Of a stretch of 64,000 nt of DNA, positions 1-11,570 are shown one piece after another (the first letter of the stretch is position 1; each line of letters starts with the position of its first letter). The stretch lies in assembly GCA_951406725.2 (NCBI GenBank), contig OX597831.1, positions 69,936,001 to 70,000,000 on the forward strand. The letters run 5' to 3'. The position numbers and the translations under genes were made by a program. The notes under the pieces are model-generated. The model made no database searches and was not told the origin of the DNA. It was given only the letters and a program-made list of their open reading frames with translations. The DNA comes from Octopus vulgaris (Eukaryota).

Positions 1-332
1 CATTCCTGTTTGCTGGACAGTTTCCTTTAGAAAGGAGCTAGATAAAGTTATATGCAAAAATACAATTATTTTCATAGATACAAATTTGAAAATGGTTTTG
101 TTTCATTGGTCCTTTCATTGGTCTTTTCAATAACCGGTTGCATGAAATAAGAAATTGCAGTTTAAAGTCATATTATAAAAATCGAAGAAAAGCTTAAATC
201 AAAAATAGCTTATGAAGAAGGAAAATGGCCCGAATACCCAGGGTAAATAATTAGCTGTAAAAATAATAATAAATTAGAAATATTAAATTTCTAAATCTCT
301 CATAGAGATATGTATGGTGGTGGGGTGATAGT

Positions 333-600
333 ATGGTTGTATACTGTCAATCTAACATGAACGTGACAGTAGGGGGTTACACCACTGCTGTTTAGCCCTA
401 GGAAGCATCGACGCTTCCTGATGGCTTTGACACATTTTTCCTGTGTCCTTATATACATTTACGAAGGGGAGACAATGTATATATGGACACAGGAAAAATG
501 TGTCAAAGCCATCAGGAAGCGTTGATGCTTCCTAGGGCTAAACAGCAGTGGTGTAACCCCCTACTGTCACGTTCATGTTAGATTGACAGTATACAACCAT
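333..600. repeat. Long inverted repeat (127-bp arms, 14-bp spacer)
   Basis: 333-459 is the reverse complement of 474-600 with 2 visible mismatches; spacer tacgaaggggagac. Confidence 0.95.
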
Positions 601-1330
601 TCTAATTATAAATTAATAAATTAAAAGATATATCCATTTAAAAATTTTCTCGTTACATTACATATATATTTAGCAATACATACACATACCAAACAATCTG
701 TAATATACATATATATACACTAAACATACAGACACAGATACAGGGCTATATATATATATACAGACATATACAGGCAAAGCATAAAAACATACAAATGCAT
801 ATATATGTATGCATGCACACTCACACAAGACCTCCTCGTGTATGCTTATACAAGTTAGTAGTTATAGCCGAAAGAAAGAAGAGGAAAAAATCAGAGAATA
901 ACAAGTAGGGAGTGGACAGAAATAATGGAAAAAGAAGAAAAAGAAATAAAAAAAAGAAACAGAAAATAAGAGAGAGAATGGGAAAAATAGAGTTAGAGTG
1001 AAATGATTTGCATTCCAATAAGTATCTAACAAAAGTTAGATACTTTATTCAGCTTGCAAAACCTACACATGAAAATGCACACACATATTCATGCATACAA
1101 ATATACAAATATATATGTACGCAAATACATACCCATATATATATATATATATATATGCAAAAACATGCCCATATATATATATAGATATATAATAATAAAT
1201 ATTAGGGAATAAATCCAAATTTACAGGGAAAAAATCAGATTTAGGATTAAATCCAATTTTATAGTAAAATATTATATAATATTATATAATATTATATAAT
1301 ATAATATTATATATACACAAATACATGCCC

Positions 1331-1361
<31 letters not shown>

Positions 1362-1387
1362 TATATGTACATACACATATGCATACA

Positions 1388-1430
<43 letters not shown>

Positions 1431-1786
1431 ATATACATGTACATATACATACATACACATGAATATATAGAGTCATATCTTCACATCAAGATAATCATAT
1501 ACATCATAACATATATACACAAACATTTTAAAAAACTGTCAGGTATATATAATACTAAAATGTTAAAATAAGGAAATTGCACAATAAATTAACATAGCAT
1601 AATTAAATGCATGAGTGAACAATACAAATAAACCTTGGCGAAGCTTAAGCTTAGATTTATAAAATAGTCAAAGGCTTTCTTAAAGGTGAAGTCGAAATAT
1701 GCACTAGCATTGTAATACAAAATAACTCTAAGGTATAAAGTCAAATTCCAATGCGACAGTCAAAATTTTCCAAAAGTCAAAACATT

Positions 1787-1976
1787 TTACCCATATGGTA
1801 TTTTATTGGTTGACATTTTAAATCTTGTGGCATGCCTGCAAGAATTTAAGTGCTTGCATCTCTGGTTCAAAGCATGTTTATCCTGGAATAGGATGAAAAA
1901 CTTTTCTGAGAGGCAAAGATTACATTTCATGAGTCTTTTATAAGGTCTATGTCTGTATGATGATGCTTTGTTAAAT
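1787..1976 (-). pseudogene. Penelope-like element GIY-YIG endonuclease C-terminal remnant
   Basis: Manual translation FNKASSY..KCNLCLSEKFFILFQDKHALNQRCKHLNSCRH* matches the CNLCLxEKxxIL...LNxRxE...CRH tail of PLE endonucleases. Confidence 0.75.
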
Positions 1977-2307
1977 GTATATGCAATTTAGTGTGAAAAT
2001 TTTTAAACAGATATATATTTTAATTTATAAATTTATTATTTTTACAGCTAATTATTTACAATGAGTATTCAAGTCTATTCTTTCTTCATAAGCTATTTTT
2101 GATTTAAGATTTTCGTTGATTTTTATAATAATATGATTTTAAACCACAGTTTATTATTTCATGCAACCAGTTATTAAAAAGCCCATTAGTTGAAAAGACC
2201 AATGAAACAAAATCATTTTCTGCATATAACTTTATCTTGCTTCATTCTAAACAAAACTGTCCAATGAATGGGAATGTGAAGCTCTGAGTAACAGATATAT
2301 GTGTGTG

Positions 2308-2348
<41 letters not shown>

Positions 2349-2354
<6 letters not shown>

Positions 2355-2527
2355 ATCAAGGAACGGCCATAATAGGCCATTCACCCACTAGAAATAGCAG
2401 CCAAAGCTTCAACCGCAAAATAACATTAATTCCGTTAATTCCGGAATTAATGTTATTTTGCGGTTGAAGCTTTGGCTGTTATTTCTAGTGGGTGAATGGC
2501 CTATTATGGCCGTTCCTTGATCGTGAT
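2349..2527. repeat. Inverted repeat (86-bp arms, 7-bp spacer)
   Basis: 2349-2434 is the reverse complement of 2442-2527 with 1 mismatch; the left arm starts directly after a (TA)n tract. Confidence 0.95.
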
Positions 2528-2697
2528 GTTGAACTTATAAATGGTCTATGACTATTTAATTTTTTCCCGCTAGGCCGCTGGTGGCAAAAAAATTCTACAA
2601 AATTTTTTGCCACCCTATATTGATTAATATATATATATATATACGTTTAAATATTTGTTGTGCAAGATTTTTTATGTGAAGTCGTGTGTTGAAACAG

Positions 2698-3517
2698 ATA
2701 TTGTTATATTTCGGAATGGTCATATTGCCAGTTTAGCCAATAAAAACACACGCACTATATATTTGGTGTTATTTTGCTTCAGTGATATTTATTTTTTACA
2801 TTAATCTTAATCTTATTTCGGCCAAAGTTCTTTCGTCACACTCCTGTGACCGCATCAGTGGTCCTTTGTTTTCTTCTCACTTACTTGTGTCTCTCCTTAC
2901 TAACCGTCAGCCATTTTGTATTTCTATTGTATGTCTTCATTTGCGCATGCTTATATCTCTATGTGCGTCTATGTTTATTTAGTGTGTGTGTGGGGGGGAT
3001 GCCTGTAATATTTGTATCTTCTGGTTATATACATTCTTGTAATTTGTATTTTGTTTTTGTTGTTGTTGCTTTTGTTCTAATTTTGTTCATGTGTTTACAT
3101 CCATCCATGGGTGGATGTAAACACATGAACAAAATTAGAACAAAAGCAACAACAACAAAAACAAAATACAAATTACAAGAATGTATATAACCAGAAGATA
3201 CAAATATTACAGGCATCCCCCCCACACACACACTAAATAAACATAGACGCACATAGAGATATAAGCATGCGCAAATGAAGACATACAATAGAAATACAAA
3301 ATGGCTGACGGTTAGTAAGGAGAGACACAAGTAAGTGAGAAGAAAACAAAGGACCACTGATGCGGTCACAGGAGTGTGACGAAAGAACTTTGGCCGAAAT
3401 AAGATTAAGATTAATGTAAAAAATAAATATCACTGAAGCAAAATAACACCAAATATATAGTGCGTGTGTTTTTATTGGCTAAACTGGCAATATGACCATT
3501 CCGAAATATAACAATAT
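2698..3517. repeat. 820-bp spacerless palindrome
   Basis: Mirror ORFs 2782..2982(+)/3233..3433(-) are identical; symmetry centre CCA|TGG at 3107/3108; one visible mismatch (3104/3111). Confidence 0.97.
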
Positions 3518-3532
3518 ATATATATATATATA

Positions 3533-4188
3533 TCATCATCATCATCATCATCATCGTTTAACGTCCGCTTTCCATGCTAGCATGGGTTGGACGGTTCAAC
3601 TGGGGTCTGGGAAGCCCGAAGGCTGCACCAGGCCAGTCAGATGTGGCAGTGTTTCTACAGCTGGATGCCCTTCCTAACGCCAACCACTCCGAGAGTGTAG
3701 TGGGTGATTTTATGTGCCACCGACACAGGTGCCAGACGAGGCTGGCAGACGGCCACGCTCGGATGGTGTTTTTTATGTGCCACCGACACAGGTGCCAGAC
3801 GAGGCTGGCAGACGGCCACGCTCGGATGGTGTTTTCTTATGTGTCACCGACACAGGTGCCAGACGAGGCTGGCGGACGGCCACGCTCGGATGGTGTTTGT
3901 TACGTGCCCTCAGCACGGAGGCCAGTCATTGCGGTACTGGCTACGGTCACGTTCGGATGGTTTTCTTATGTGCCACCGGCACTGGTACCACAAGGATACA
4001 AATTCCATTGATGTTCATCTATTTTGATTTGGTTCGATTTGATACGATACGATTCGATTCACACTTGCCTCAACAGGTCTTCACAAGTGTCACAAGAAGG
4101 AAGGTATGCACAGGTGGACTGACTACGTCCCAGGTAGGGGCCACGGATTATGGCTTCACTAGTCTTGCCGGGTCTTCTCACGCACAGC
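3533..4188 (-). mobile_element. 5'-truncated RTE LINE 3' end (ORF end plus 3'UTR with ~62-bp tandem units and (GAT)n tail)
   Basis: Minus strand reads [10 protein letters not shown] near 4160-4188, then the aggaagggcatccagctgtagaaac motif and a gacgttaaacgatgatgat tail; same family at 5471, 17254, 38325, 40627, 43085, 47297 and 63605. Confidence 0.75.
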
Positions 4189-4207
4189 ATATATATATAT
4201 ATATATG

Positions 4208-4244
<37 letters not shown>

Positions 4245-4317
4245 ATCTATCTATCTATCTATATATATATATGTATGTATATATATATATATATATATCT
4301 ATATCTATCTATCTATC

Positions 4318-4356
<39 letters not shown>

Positions 4357-4358
<2 letters not shown>

Positions 4359-4648
4359 TCATCACGTGACCGACCAGACCATCAGATGTTGTTACACATC
4401 GCTGGTGACAATGCGTTCGCATTGTTTTAGCCTTCGAATGACGCCACCCCGCTGGCTAAGCTAGCAGGCCAATAGAAGAAAGAGTGGGAGAAAGAGTGGT
4501 GAAAGAGTACAGCAGGGATCACCACCCCCTGCTGGAGCCTCGTGGAGCTTTTAGGTGTTTTCACTCAATAAACACTCACAACGCCCGGTCTGGGAATCGA
4601 AACCGTGATCCTGCGACCGCGAGTCCGCTGCCCTAACCACTAGGCCAT
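4357..4648 (-). mobile_element. tRNA-derived SINE, family C
   Basis: Minus-strand A box TGGCCTAGTGG and B box GGTTTCGATTCCC; near-identical copy at 42705-42982. Confidence 0.8.
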
Positions 4649-5470
4649 ATATATGCTCTATTGACTCTTTGATTAATCTCATCCATAACACAGTATGTAT
4701 GTTTGTTATCTAGTGGTTGCTGTGTTGCTTCTGTCAGTTGGTCAATGATATGTATTTATAAATATCTTAAATTAGTTTTAAATATTGGAGAGGGCTTGTT
4801 ACTTTTTTGCCCCATCTCAAATGGAATTTATGCATTCCTTAAATGTTGGTGTATATACTGTTGTAGTGACCTTGTTTTAGATTAATTGTTGGGGTGCATT
4901 ACCCTAACCCCCATTTGTTGTTCTAATTTAGTCATTAGATGCTGTTTCTGTCCCGTGCATGCTCTACAGTTGAGCATCTAAGTTGATGTAAGCAGGAAAA
5001 GTGTGAGAAGAAAGGACTTCTAGAGCGGTTGTAGTTTTGGAGAATGAATGAGCAAAAAGATTTGGTATTAGGTTAGAATATGAGTCACATGATAAGTATG
5101 GGAGAAGAAGCTAAATGTGCTGTGTAGATGTGGATTGAGAGGATATATAATGTAACTGGCTAGATCAAAAAAGCAGAGGCTGTAGTATATGTAGAGGTCG
5201 AAAGAGAAAGCAGCATATCTGTGTGTTAGTTGTAGCATGAGAGAATAATTACTAATCAGTTGGATGGGCTTCTTTGATGTAATCTTGACTACAAGTCTTG
5301 CAATCATGACACACTGAAAATGTGATTTATTTTATTTGATTAGTTTTAATTTAGGTGGACAAAATGTAAAGCTGAATCAGCAAGTTTGTAGGAACCTAAC
5401 TGAGAAGTCAATAGTTCATGTTCTGTGATTGACACATTTTTGTGTGCATGGTCGAGAAACTTAATATTTT

Positions 5471-6912
5471 CATCATCATCATCATCATCATCATCGTCGT
5501 CGTCGTCGTCGTTTACCATCCATTTTCCATTCTGGCATAGGTTGGACAGGTCGACTGGAGTCTGGGAAGCCAAGAGGCTCCAATCTGATCTGGCAGTGTT
5601 TCTACAGCTGGATGCCCTTCCTAACACCATCCACTCCGAGAGTGTAGTGGGTGCTTGTTTATGTGCCACTGGCACAAGGGCCAGAGGGGGCTGGCATTGA
5701 CCATGATCGGATGGTGCTTTTTAGGTGCCACCAGCACAGGGACCAAAACAACAATTCCCATTTGATTGTGATTTGATTTGATTTTGGTTTTCATGTACTT
5801 GACTCAATAGGTCTCCTCAAGCATGGCATGTCACCCTATTATCCGAGGTACATTACACATCCAGTGGATCATGCTAACTTCATTTCTTTTGAGCAGTCAC
5901 AGCCCATGTTTCACAGCCATAAAGCATGGCAGTTCACATACATGCATCGTACAATCTACCTTTCACCCTGAGCGAGAGGCCCTTTGTCACCAGTATGGGT
6001 AGAAGCTTTCCGAACTTTGCCCAGGCTATTCTTATTCTATTGGTAACACTCTTTGAGCATCCACCCCACTACAGACTTGGTCACCTAGGTAGCAGAAGCT
6101 ATCAACTACTTTTAGTTTGACCCCTGGCATGTGATGGAATATGTTGTCTAAGTATCTGTGGTGTTTATTGCCCCTGTGCATCTGCTGCACATGGAAGCTA
6201 TCTTCCCGGTTAATCTTCCTTTGATGTTGCTGCACTTGTTATGTATCCATAGCTTACACTGGGTACATCTTATGGAATTTCTACCTACACCTTTTCTACA
6301 GATCAATCAGGCCACCTATCTGAAGGGGTGTGTGATGTGCTCACCTCCCTACTTACTAGAACTTTGGTTTTTGCAACATTGACTCTAAGGCCCTTCGATT
6401 CTAAACCTTGCTTCCACACCTGAAATTTATTCTCTAGTTCTAGTAGTGATTCTGCTATGAGGGCCTGGTCATCAGCATAGAGGAGCTTACAGGGGCAACC
6501 TGTCTTGAATTCCTGGAGGACTTTGATGAATTATTGCCTGGAGGGCTATGATGAATAAGTGGGGGCTGAGGGCTGATCCTTGGTGGACCCCTACTTCTAC
6601 CCGGAATTCTTCACTACACTCATTGCCAACCCTAACCTTACTTATGGCATCTCTGTATAGGGCCTGTACAGCCCTTATTAACCATTTCTCAATTCCCAGT
6701 TTCCGCATTGCCCACCACATAAGGGATCAGGAGACTCTGTCAAAGGCTTTCTCGAAGTCCACAAAAGCCAAGCATAGGGGTTTATCTTTGGCTGGGTATT
6801 TCTCCTGCAGTTGCCGTACCAGGAATATAGCATCAGTGGTGCGTTGCGTCTTCCTGGAACAAAACCGAATTGCATCTCATCTAAACTGACTCTCTCCTTA
6901 ATAAGTTGGACT
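5471..6912 (-). mobile_element. RTE-clade LINE fragment (RT domain, frameshifted) continuous with its 3'UTR
   Basis: QFGFVPGR, AFVDFEKAFDRVP, WWAMRKLGIEKWLIRAVQALY, GVHQGSALSP, LYADD-like and DSFCYLG motifs in 5857-6912; family 3'UTR and (GAT)n tail at 5471-5860 in the same orientation. Confidence 0.9.
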
Positions 6913-6948
6913 ATCTGTAAAAATATCTTTGTCTCTCTATTTATCTAT

Positions 6949-6993
<45 letters not shown>

Positions 6994-7003
6994 TATATGT
7001 ATG

Positions 7004-7038
<35 letters not shown>

Positions 7039-7069
7039 GTATATATATATGTATGTATATATATATATG

Positions 7070-7126
<57 letters not shown>

Positions 7127-7429
7127 GTGTGTGTGTGTATGGGTGTGTATATTCTTTTTTATATATATATGTGTAGATATATGTGTGCGTGTGCTTGCAT
7201 GTTGGCATGTATGTGTATGTATATGTATATATATATAAGCGATAGTCTTCTTATTTACCTAAAACTCTATTCTATTATTCTATTTATTCATTTATCTACT
7301 TTATCACTGATTCTTTTGACCACTCCCCTAAGAAGGACAGTTTGTGCCCTGCCTACCCCAAAAAGTCCCCCACCACCACCCCATTAAATCTGCCTGAATG
7401 TATAAATGCCAAAACTATTCTTGACACCA

Positions 7430-7480
7430 AGCTTCCTGATGATTTCATTTGAATGAAACAGTTCTAGTCCTGTAGAAGCT
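7430..7480 (+). ncRNA. Type I hammerhead ribozyme candidate
   Basis: Stem I agcttc/gaagct; CTGATGA 7436-7442; short stem II ttc/gaa; GAAA 7455-7458; stem III acag/ctgt; GTA cleavage triplet. Confidence 0.65.
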
Positions 7481-7538
7481 CCTTCTATAAAATAAAATTT
7501 TTAAAAATATATATATATACATATGCATATAAATATAT

Positions 7539-7584
<46 letters not shown>

Positions 7585-7610
7585 GCATATAAATATATAT
7601 ATACATATGC

Positions 7611-7649
<39 letters not shown>

Positions 7650-7662
7650 TATACATATATAC

Positions 7663-7706
<44 letters not shown>

Positions 7707-7736
7707 GCGAGAAAGAAGCAACAAGAATGGATAGGT

Positions 7737-7827
7737 TTTTAGTACAATCGTTTCATACAAGGGCAGGCTTTATTAAAAGTTGCAAAAATTACAGCATATA
7801 AACGTGTCCCGTACTCATCAGCTAAAA
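7737..7827 (-). ncRNA. Type I hammerhead ribozyme candidate (left arm copy)
   Basis: Reverse complement of the 8506-8596 motif. Confidence 0.7.
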
Positions 7828-8505
7828 TACATGTGAGTTCTCTAGACATCCTATTGGTTGAGGCTATACTCATGAAGTAATGTAGATAATTAAGTAACAT
7901 AAACAGATTTCCAAAGTTCATTAAAGTTCTTTAAAGATGATGTACAGTCTTATCACAGAATTTTAAAAGGCCTCTCTAGAAAGCCCTTCAGCCTTTAAAA
8001 GTTAAATAGCTACAGCCTCTTGTAAGTAGCAGTAATGTGATTAATGTGGCAAATACCTAATCATATAACAAGAATTGATACCTACCTCATTGTGTTCAAC
8101 CATTGATAAATTTATCGCCTGTGAATATGAAATTCCTCTTCATTTCTCTGGAAATTTACATCTACACCATTGGAAATTGTGCATCTATACAAAGGATTAA
8201 TTCACCCTCTCTGTAATGCTAATAAGCAGGTATTGAGACCCACCTCGTTGTGATTAACAATGGATAAATTTGTCGTCTGTGAGTATGTAATCCCTCATCA
8301 TATCTCTGGAAATTCATATGTGCACTATGGATTAGGTCACCTTCTCTGTGATGCTATTAAAACTTTTTAAAATTCTGTGATAAGACTGTACATCATCTTT
8401 AAAGAACTTTAATGAACTTTGGAAATCTGTTTATGTTACTTAATTATCTACATTACTTCATGAGTATAGCCTCAACCAATAGGATGTCTAGAGAACTCAC
8501 ATGTA

Positions 8506-8596
8506 TTTTAGCTGATGAGTACGGGACACGTTTATATGCTGTAATTTTTGCAACTTTTAATAAAGCCTGTCCTTGTATGAAACGATTGTACTAAAA
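8506..8596 (+). ncRNA. Type I hammerhead ribozyme candidate with long stem II
   Basis: Stem I ttttag/ctaaaa; CTGATGA 8512-8518; stem II gtacgggaca/tgtccttgtat; GAAA 8579-8582; near-palindromic stem III acgattgt; GTA triplet. Confidence 0.7.
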
Positions 8597-8742
8597 ACCT
8601 ATCCATTCTTGTTGCTTCTTTCTCGCTTATAATCACCCCACATTACTGTATTGTTAAAACAGTATAGTTTTTTTTGGTGCATCTAAGTTAGGTACCATAT
8701 TCAAGTAAATTCATTTAAATTAACTTGAATCTTTATTGCTTT

Positions 8743-8788
<46 letters not shown>

Positions 8789-8806
8789 ATACATATATAT
8801 ATATAT

Positions 8807-8861
<55 letters not shown>

Positions 8862-9602
8862 CATATGTATAGACACATATCAAAGAAGAGCAATGATAGC
8901 TGTAAGAAGTAACAACACTTCTTTCTAGTTCCAACTTTTTCTCTCAGTCTGGAGAAGCCACTCTAGGAAAAAGTTCCAATTTAAAGTTATCCAAATGTCT
9001 TCATCGTGTTGGATATTGACTCCAGTTCCATATCAGTCAATAAGTGAATTCATACACACAAGGCTTTGCAACTATATAGTGTTAACATCAAACCCCCTAC
9101 AGTGCAGCAGTGTGTCTTCAGTTTCAGCTTTGGTAAATGGAAACTGTTCAAAAGTCAGGGTGTGTGTGTGTGTGTTTGTGTGTGAGTGTTTCTGTGTTCA
9201 CTTATATGAATGTTACATTTGACCAGTGTTGTTGCTGGCACTTCTGCATTAAGTCTATAAAAGAGTAAAAGAAATGGAATGTATTAAAGGCAGAAAAAAT
9301 AAGATGTTCATATCTTTCTGAATACCAATCATACCATGAGTAATATGAAATATCCTTTTTCTGAAATTGAAAGTGTATTGTATTTTCAGTATGTACACAT
9401 CTTATTTTTGATCTCTAGCAGTGGTGGGGAAGCTTTCATCTGAGGTAAATTATGGGTGTGTAAGAACCCATTGAGGCACATCTGTACCAAGAAGAATAAG
9501 GAATATTTAAATTCATATCAAGGGTGTAGAGAGGATTTTAACCAGAGGGAGTCTGTTGTAATTAAAATAGATCCACTGTAGCTATCTAATTTGAATTGAT
9601 AA

Positions 9603-9652
<50 letters not shown>

Positions 9653-9948
9653 AAAAAAATTTAAATGTAAATTAATAATTTTAAATTTAAATAATTTAAA
9701 TTTTCAAATTTTATATTTTATATATTTTGTATATTATATTAATTACTTTAATTTTTATGTTTTGGTTTATGTTTTTCACTGTTTGATTTGCCTAATAGTG
9801 GCTTTATCTCTAATATAATTTATATATATATATATATATATATATATGCATGTATTGTATTTACTTACTATAAATCAGGAGTGAGAATTCTTTTCAAATT
9901 TGGCAAAACCCTTCTCTGGTTAATGTGAGCATAGAAATACAGATTAAA

Positions 9949-10424
9949 GGCGGCAAGCTGGCAGAAGCATTAGCATGCAAGACGAAATGCTTTGCGATAT
10001 TTCATCTGCTGCTACATTCCGAGTTCAAATTCCGCTGAGGTCGACTTCTCCTTTCGTCCTTTCGGGGTCAATTAAATAAGTACCTATTTCTTTATTACCC
10101 ACAAGGGGCTAAACACAGAGCGGACAAACAAGGACAGACATAGATATTAAGTCGATTACATCGACCCCAGTGCGTAACTGGTACTTAATTTATCGACCCC
10201 GAAAGGATGAAAGGCAAAGTCGACCTCGGCGGAATTTGAACTCACAATGTAACGCAGATGAAATACCGCTAAACATTTCGCCCGGCATGCTAACGTTTCT
10301 GCCAGCTCGCCGCCTTAAATAAGTACCAGTTACGCACTGGGGTAGATATAATTGACTTAATCCGTTTGTCTATCCTTGTTTGTCCCCTCTGTGTGTAGTC
10401 CCTTGTGGGCAGTAAAGAACTAAG
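9949..10424 (+). mobile_element. SINE family B, interrupted by an antisense copy of the same family
   Basis: ggcggcaagctggcaga head, GAGTTCAAATTCC B box and ctttcgtcctttcgggg core; sequence resumes at 10328. Confidence 0.85.
10085..10314 (-). mobile_element. SINE family B nested copy with 13-bp TSD
   Basis: Full-length minus copy flanked by ttaaataagtacc at 10072-10084 and 10315-10327. Confidence 0.9.
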
Positions 10425-11570
10425 AAAAACAGCTTATAATACTGTTTACTTTTTAAGGCTTCAACATTATTTTCCTATGGCTGTTTAGAGACTGCTTCAT
10501 CAGTCTATGGCCTCAAGTGGGATGCTGGTCAAATTTTTCCTCTGGAAGAAATGTTGTTCATTCTACTTTAGAGCATTCAGCACAACTATTATTTAGATGT
10601 TAAACAATGAAAAGTGAACACATTTGCTTGGATTATAAATAAATATGCAATATAAGATTTTTGAATGTACAAGAAGACAGTTGTCTGCATTGTAATAGCT
10701 TTCACATCAGAAAAATTAAAGCAAAACAAATTGCATTACCCAGTAAAAATCTTCAATTATTGGAAGCCACATCAAAATACATGCTATTTATAAACTTTTG
10801 TTCATATCACTAATTGTCTATTTAGTTTTATATTAGAGTTGAGAGAGAGGTGTTGCTGCTATTTCTAGCTTGTTGACTGCCTAAAGAAGTCTCCCATGTT
10901 GGTGCATCATGTTGTTTAGCCCTTGGTCAGCCAGCTCTGAAATTCAACAGCCCTATGACCAAAAGCATTACTTCTTGATCATAAACCACTTTTTGTATGT
11001 TTGAGCCTACATTGTCCAATATGATATGGGGAAGATATGGTTGTTGCTATTTCCAACAGGTTCAGTGGTTATATTGATGCTTTCTTGACTTGTATTACAT
11101 CCTGTTGATAGTGTTAACGAAAAATTTGCACTAAGGTGTTGTTGGTAGTGTTAACCATTCTACAGCAGCAGCAGCAGTAGTAACAGTAACAGCCACGACT
11201 GCCATAGTATAAGTATTGTTGTAGTGTTTTGATTATTAAAACTCATTTTGCTTCAGGGTTTTAAACTGACTTGAAGAAAACAAAATCAAAATTACTTAAA
11301 TGGATTTGTCTACAAAGCAACAAACAATTATCTTTTTATTTGTTATATCTGTCTGTAAATGTATATTAGTCTATGAGAATTTCATTGAATGTAGAGTGAA
11401 GTAGATTATAGATTCTGTGTCTGTTAGAGATAATGAATATTGCAACAAATGATGCAAGATAGATGGATAAAAAGACTAGGAAAGGTCAGACTATTAGAGT
11501 TATTACTATTGTTGTTTAGAAAGTTCCTGCTATTTTTACTGTTGTTATCCTTTTATATTTTATATAATAT

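Larger units (their letters stand above)
7707..8626. repeat. Inverted repeat, 262-bp arms with ~396-bp spacer
   Basis: 7707-7968 is the reverse complement of 8365-8626; identical mirror ORFs 7739..7921(-)/8412..8594(+). Confidence 0.97.

Noticed and set aside
3700-3990. Regularly spaced repeats resembling a CRISPR array
   Set aside because: Whole units are repeated with no unique spacers, there are no cas genes, and the context is a eukaryotic LINE 3'UTR
4580-4648. tRNA gene-like A/B boxes
   Set aside because: They run into SINE bodies and lack a complete acceptor stem; SINE heads rather than tRNA genes
7739-8594. Two identical 60-aa ORFs (also 2782/3233 and 2846/3025)
   Set aside because: By-products of the inverted repeats; no recognisable protein
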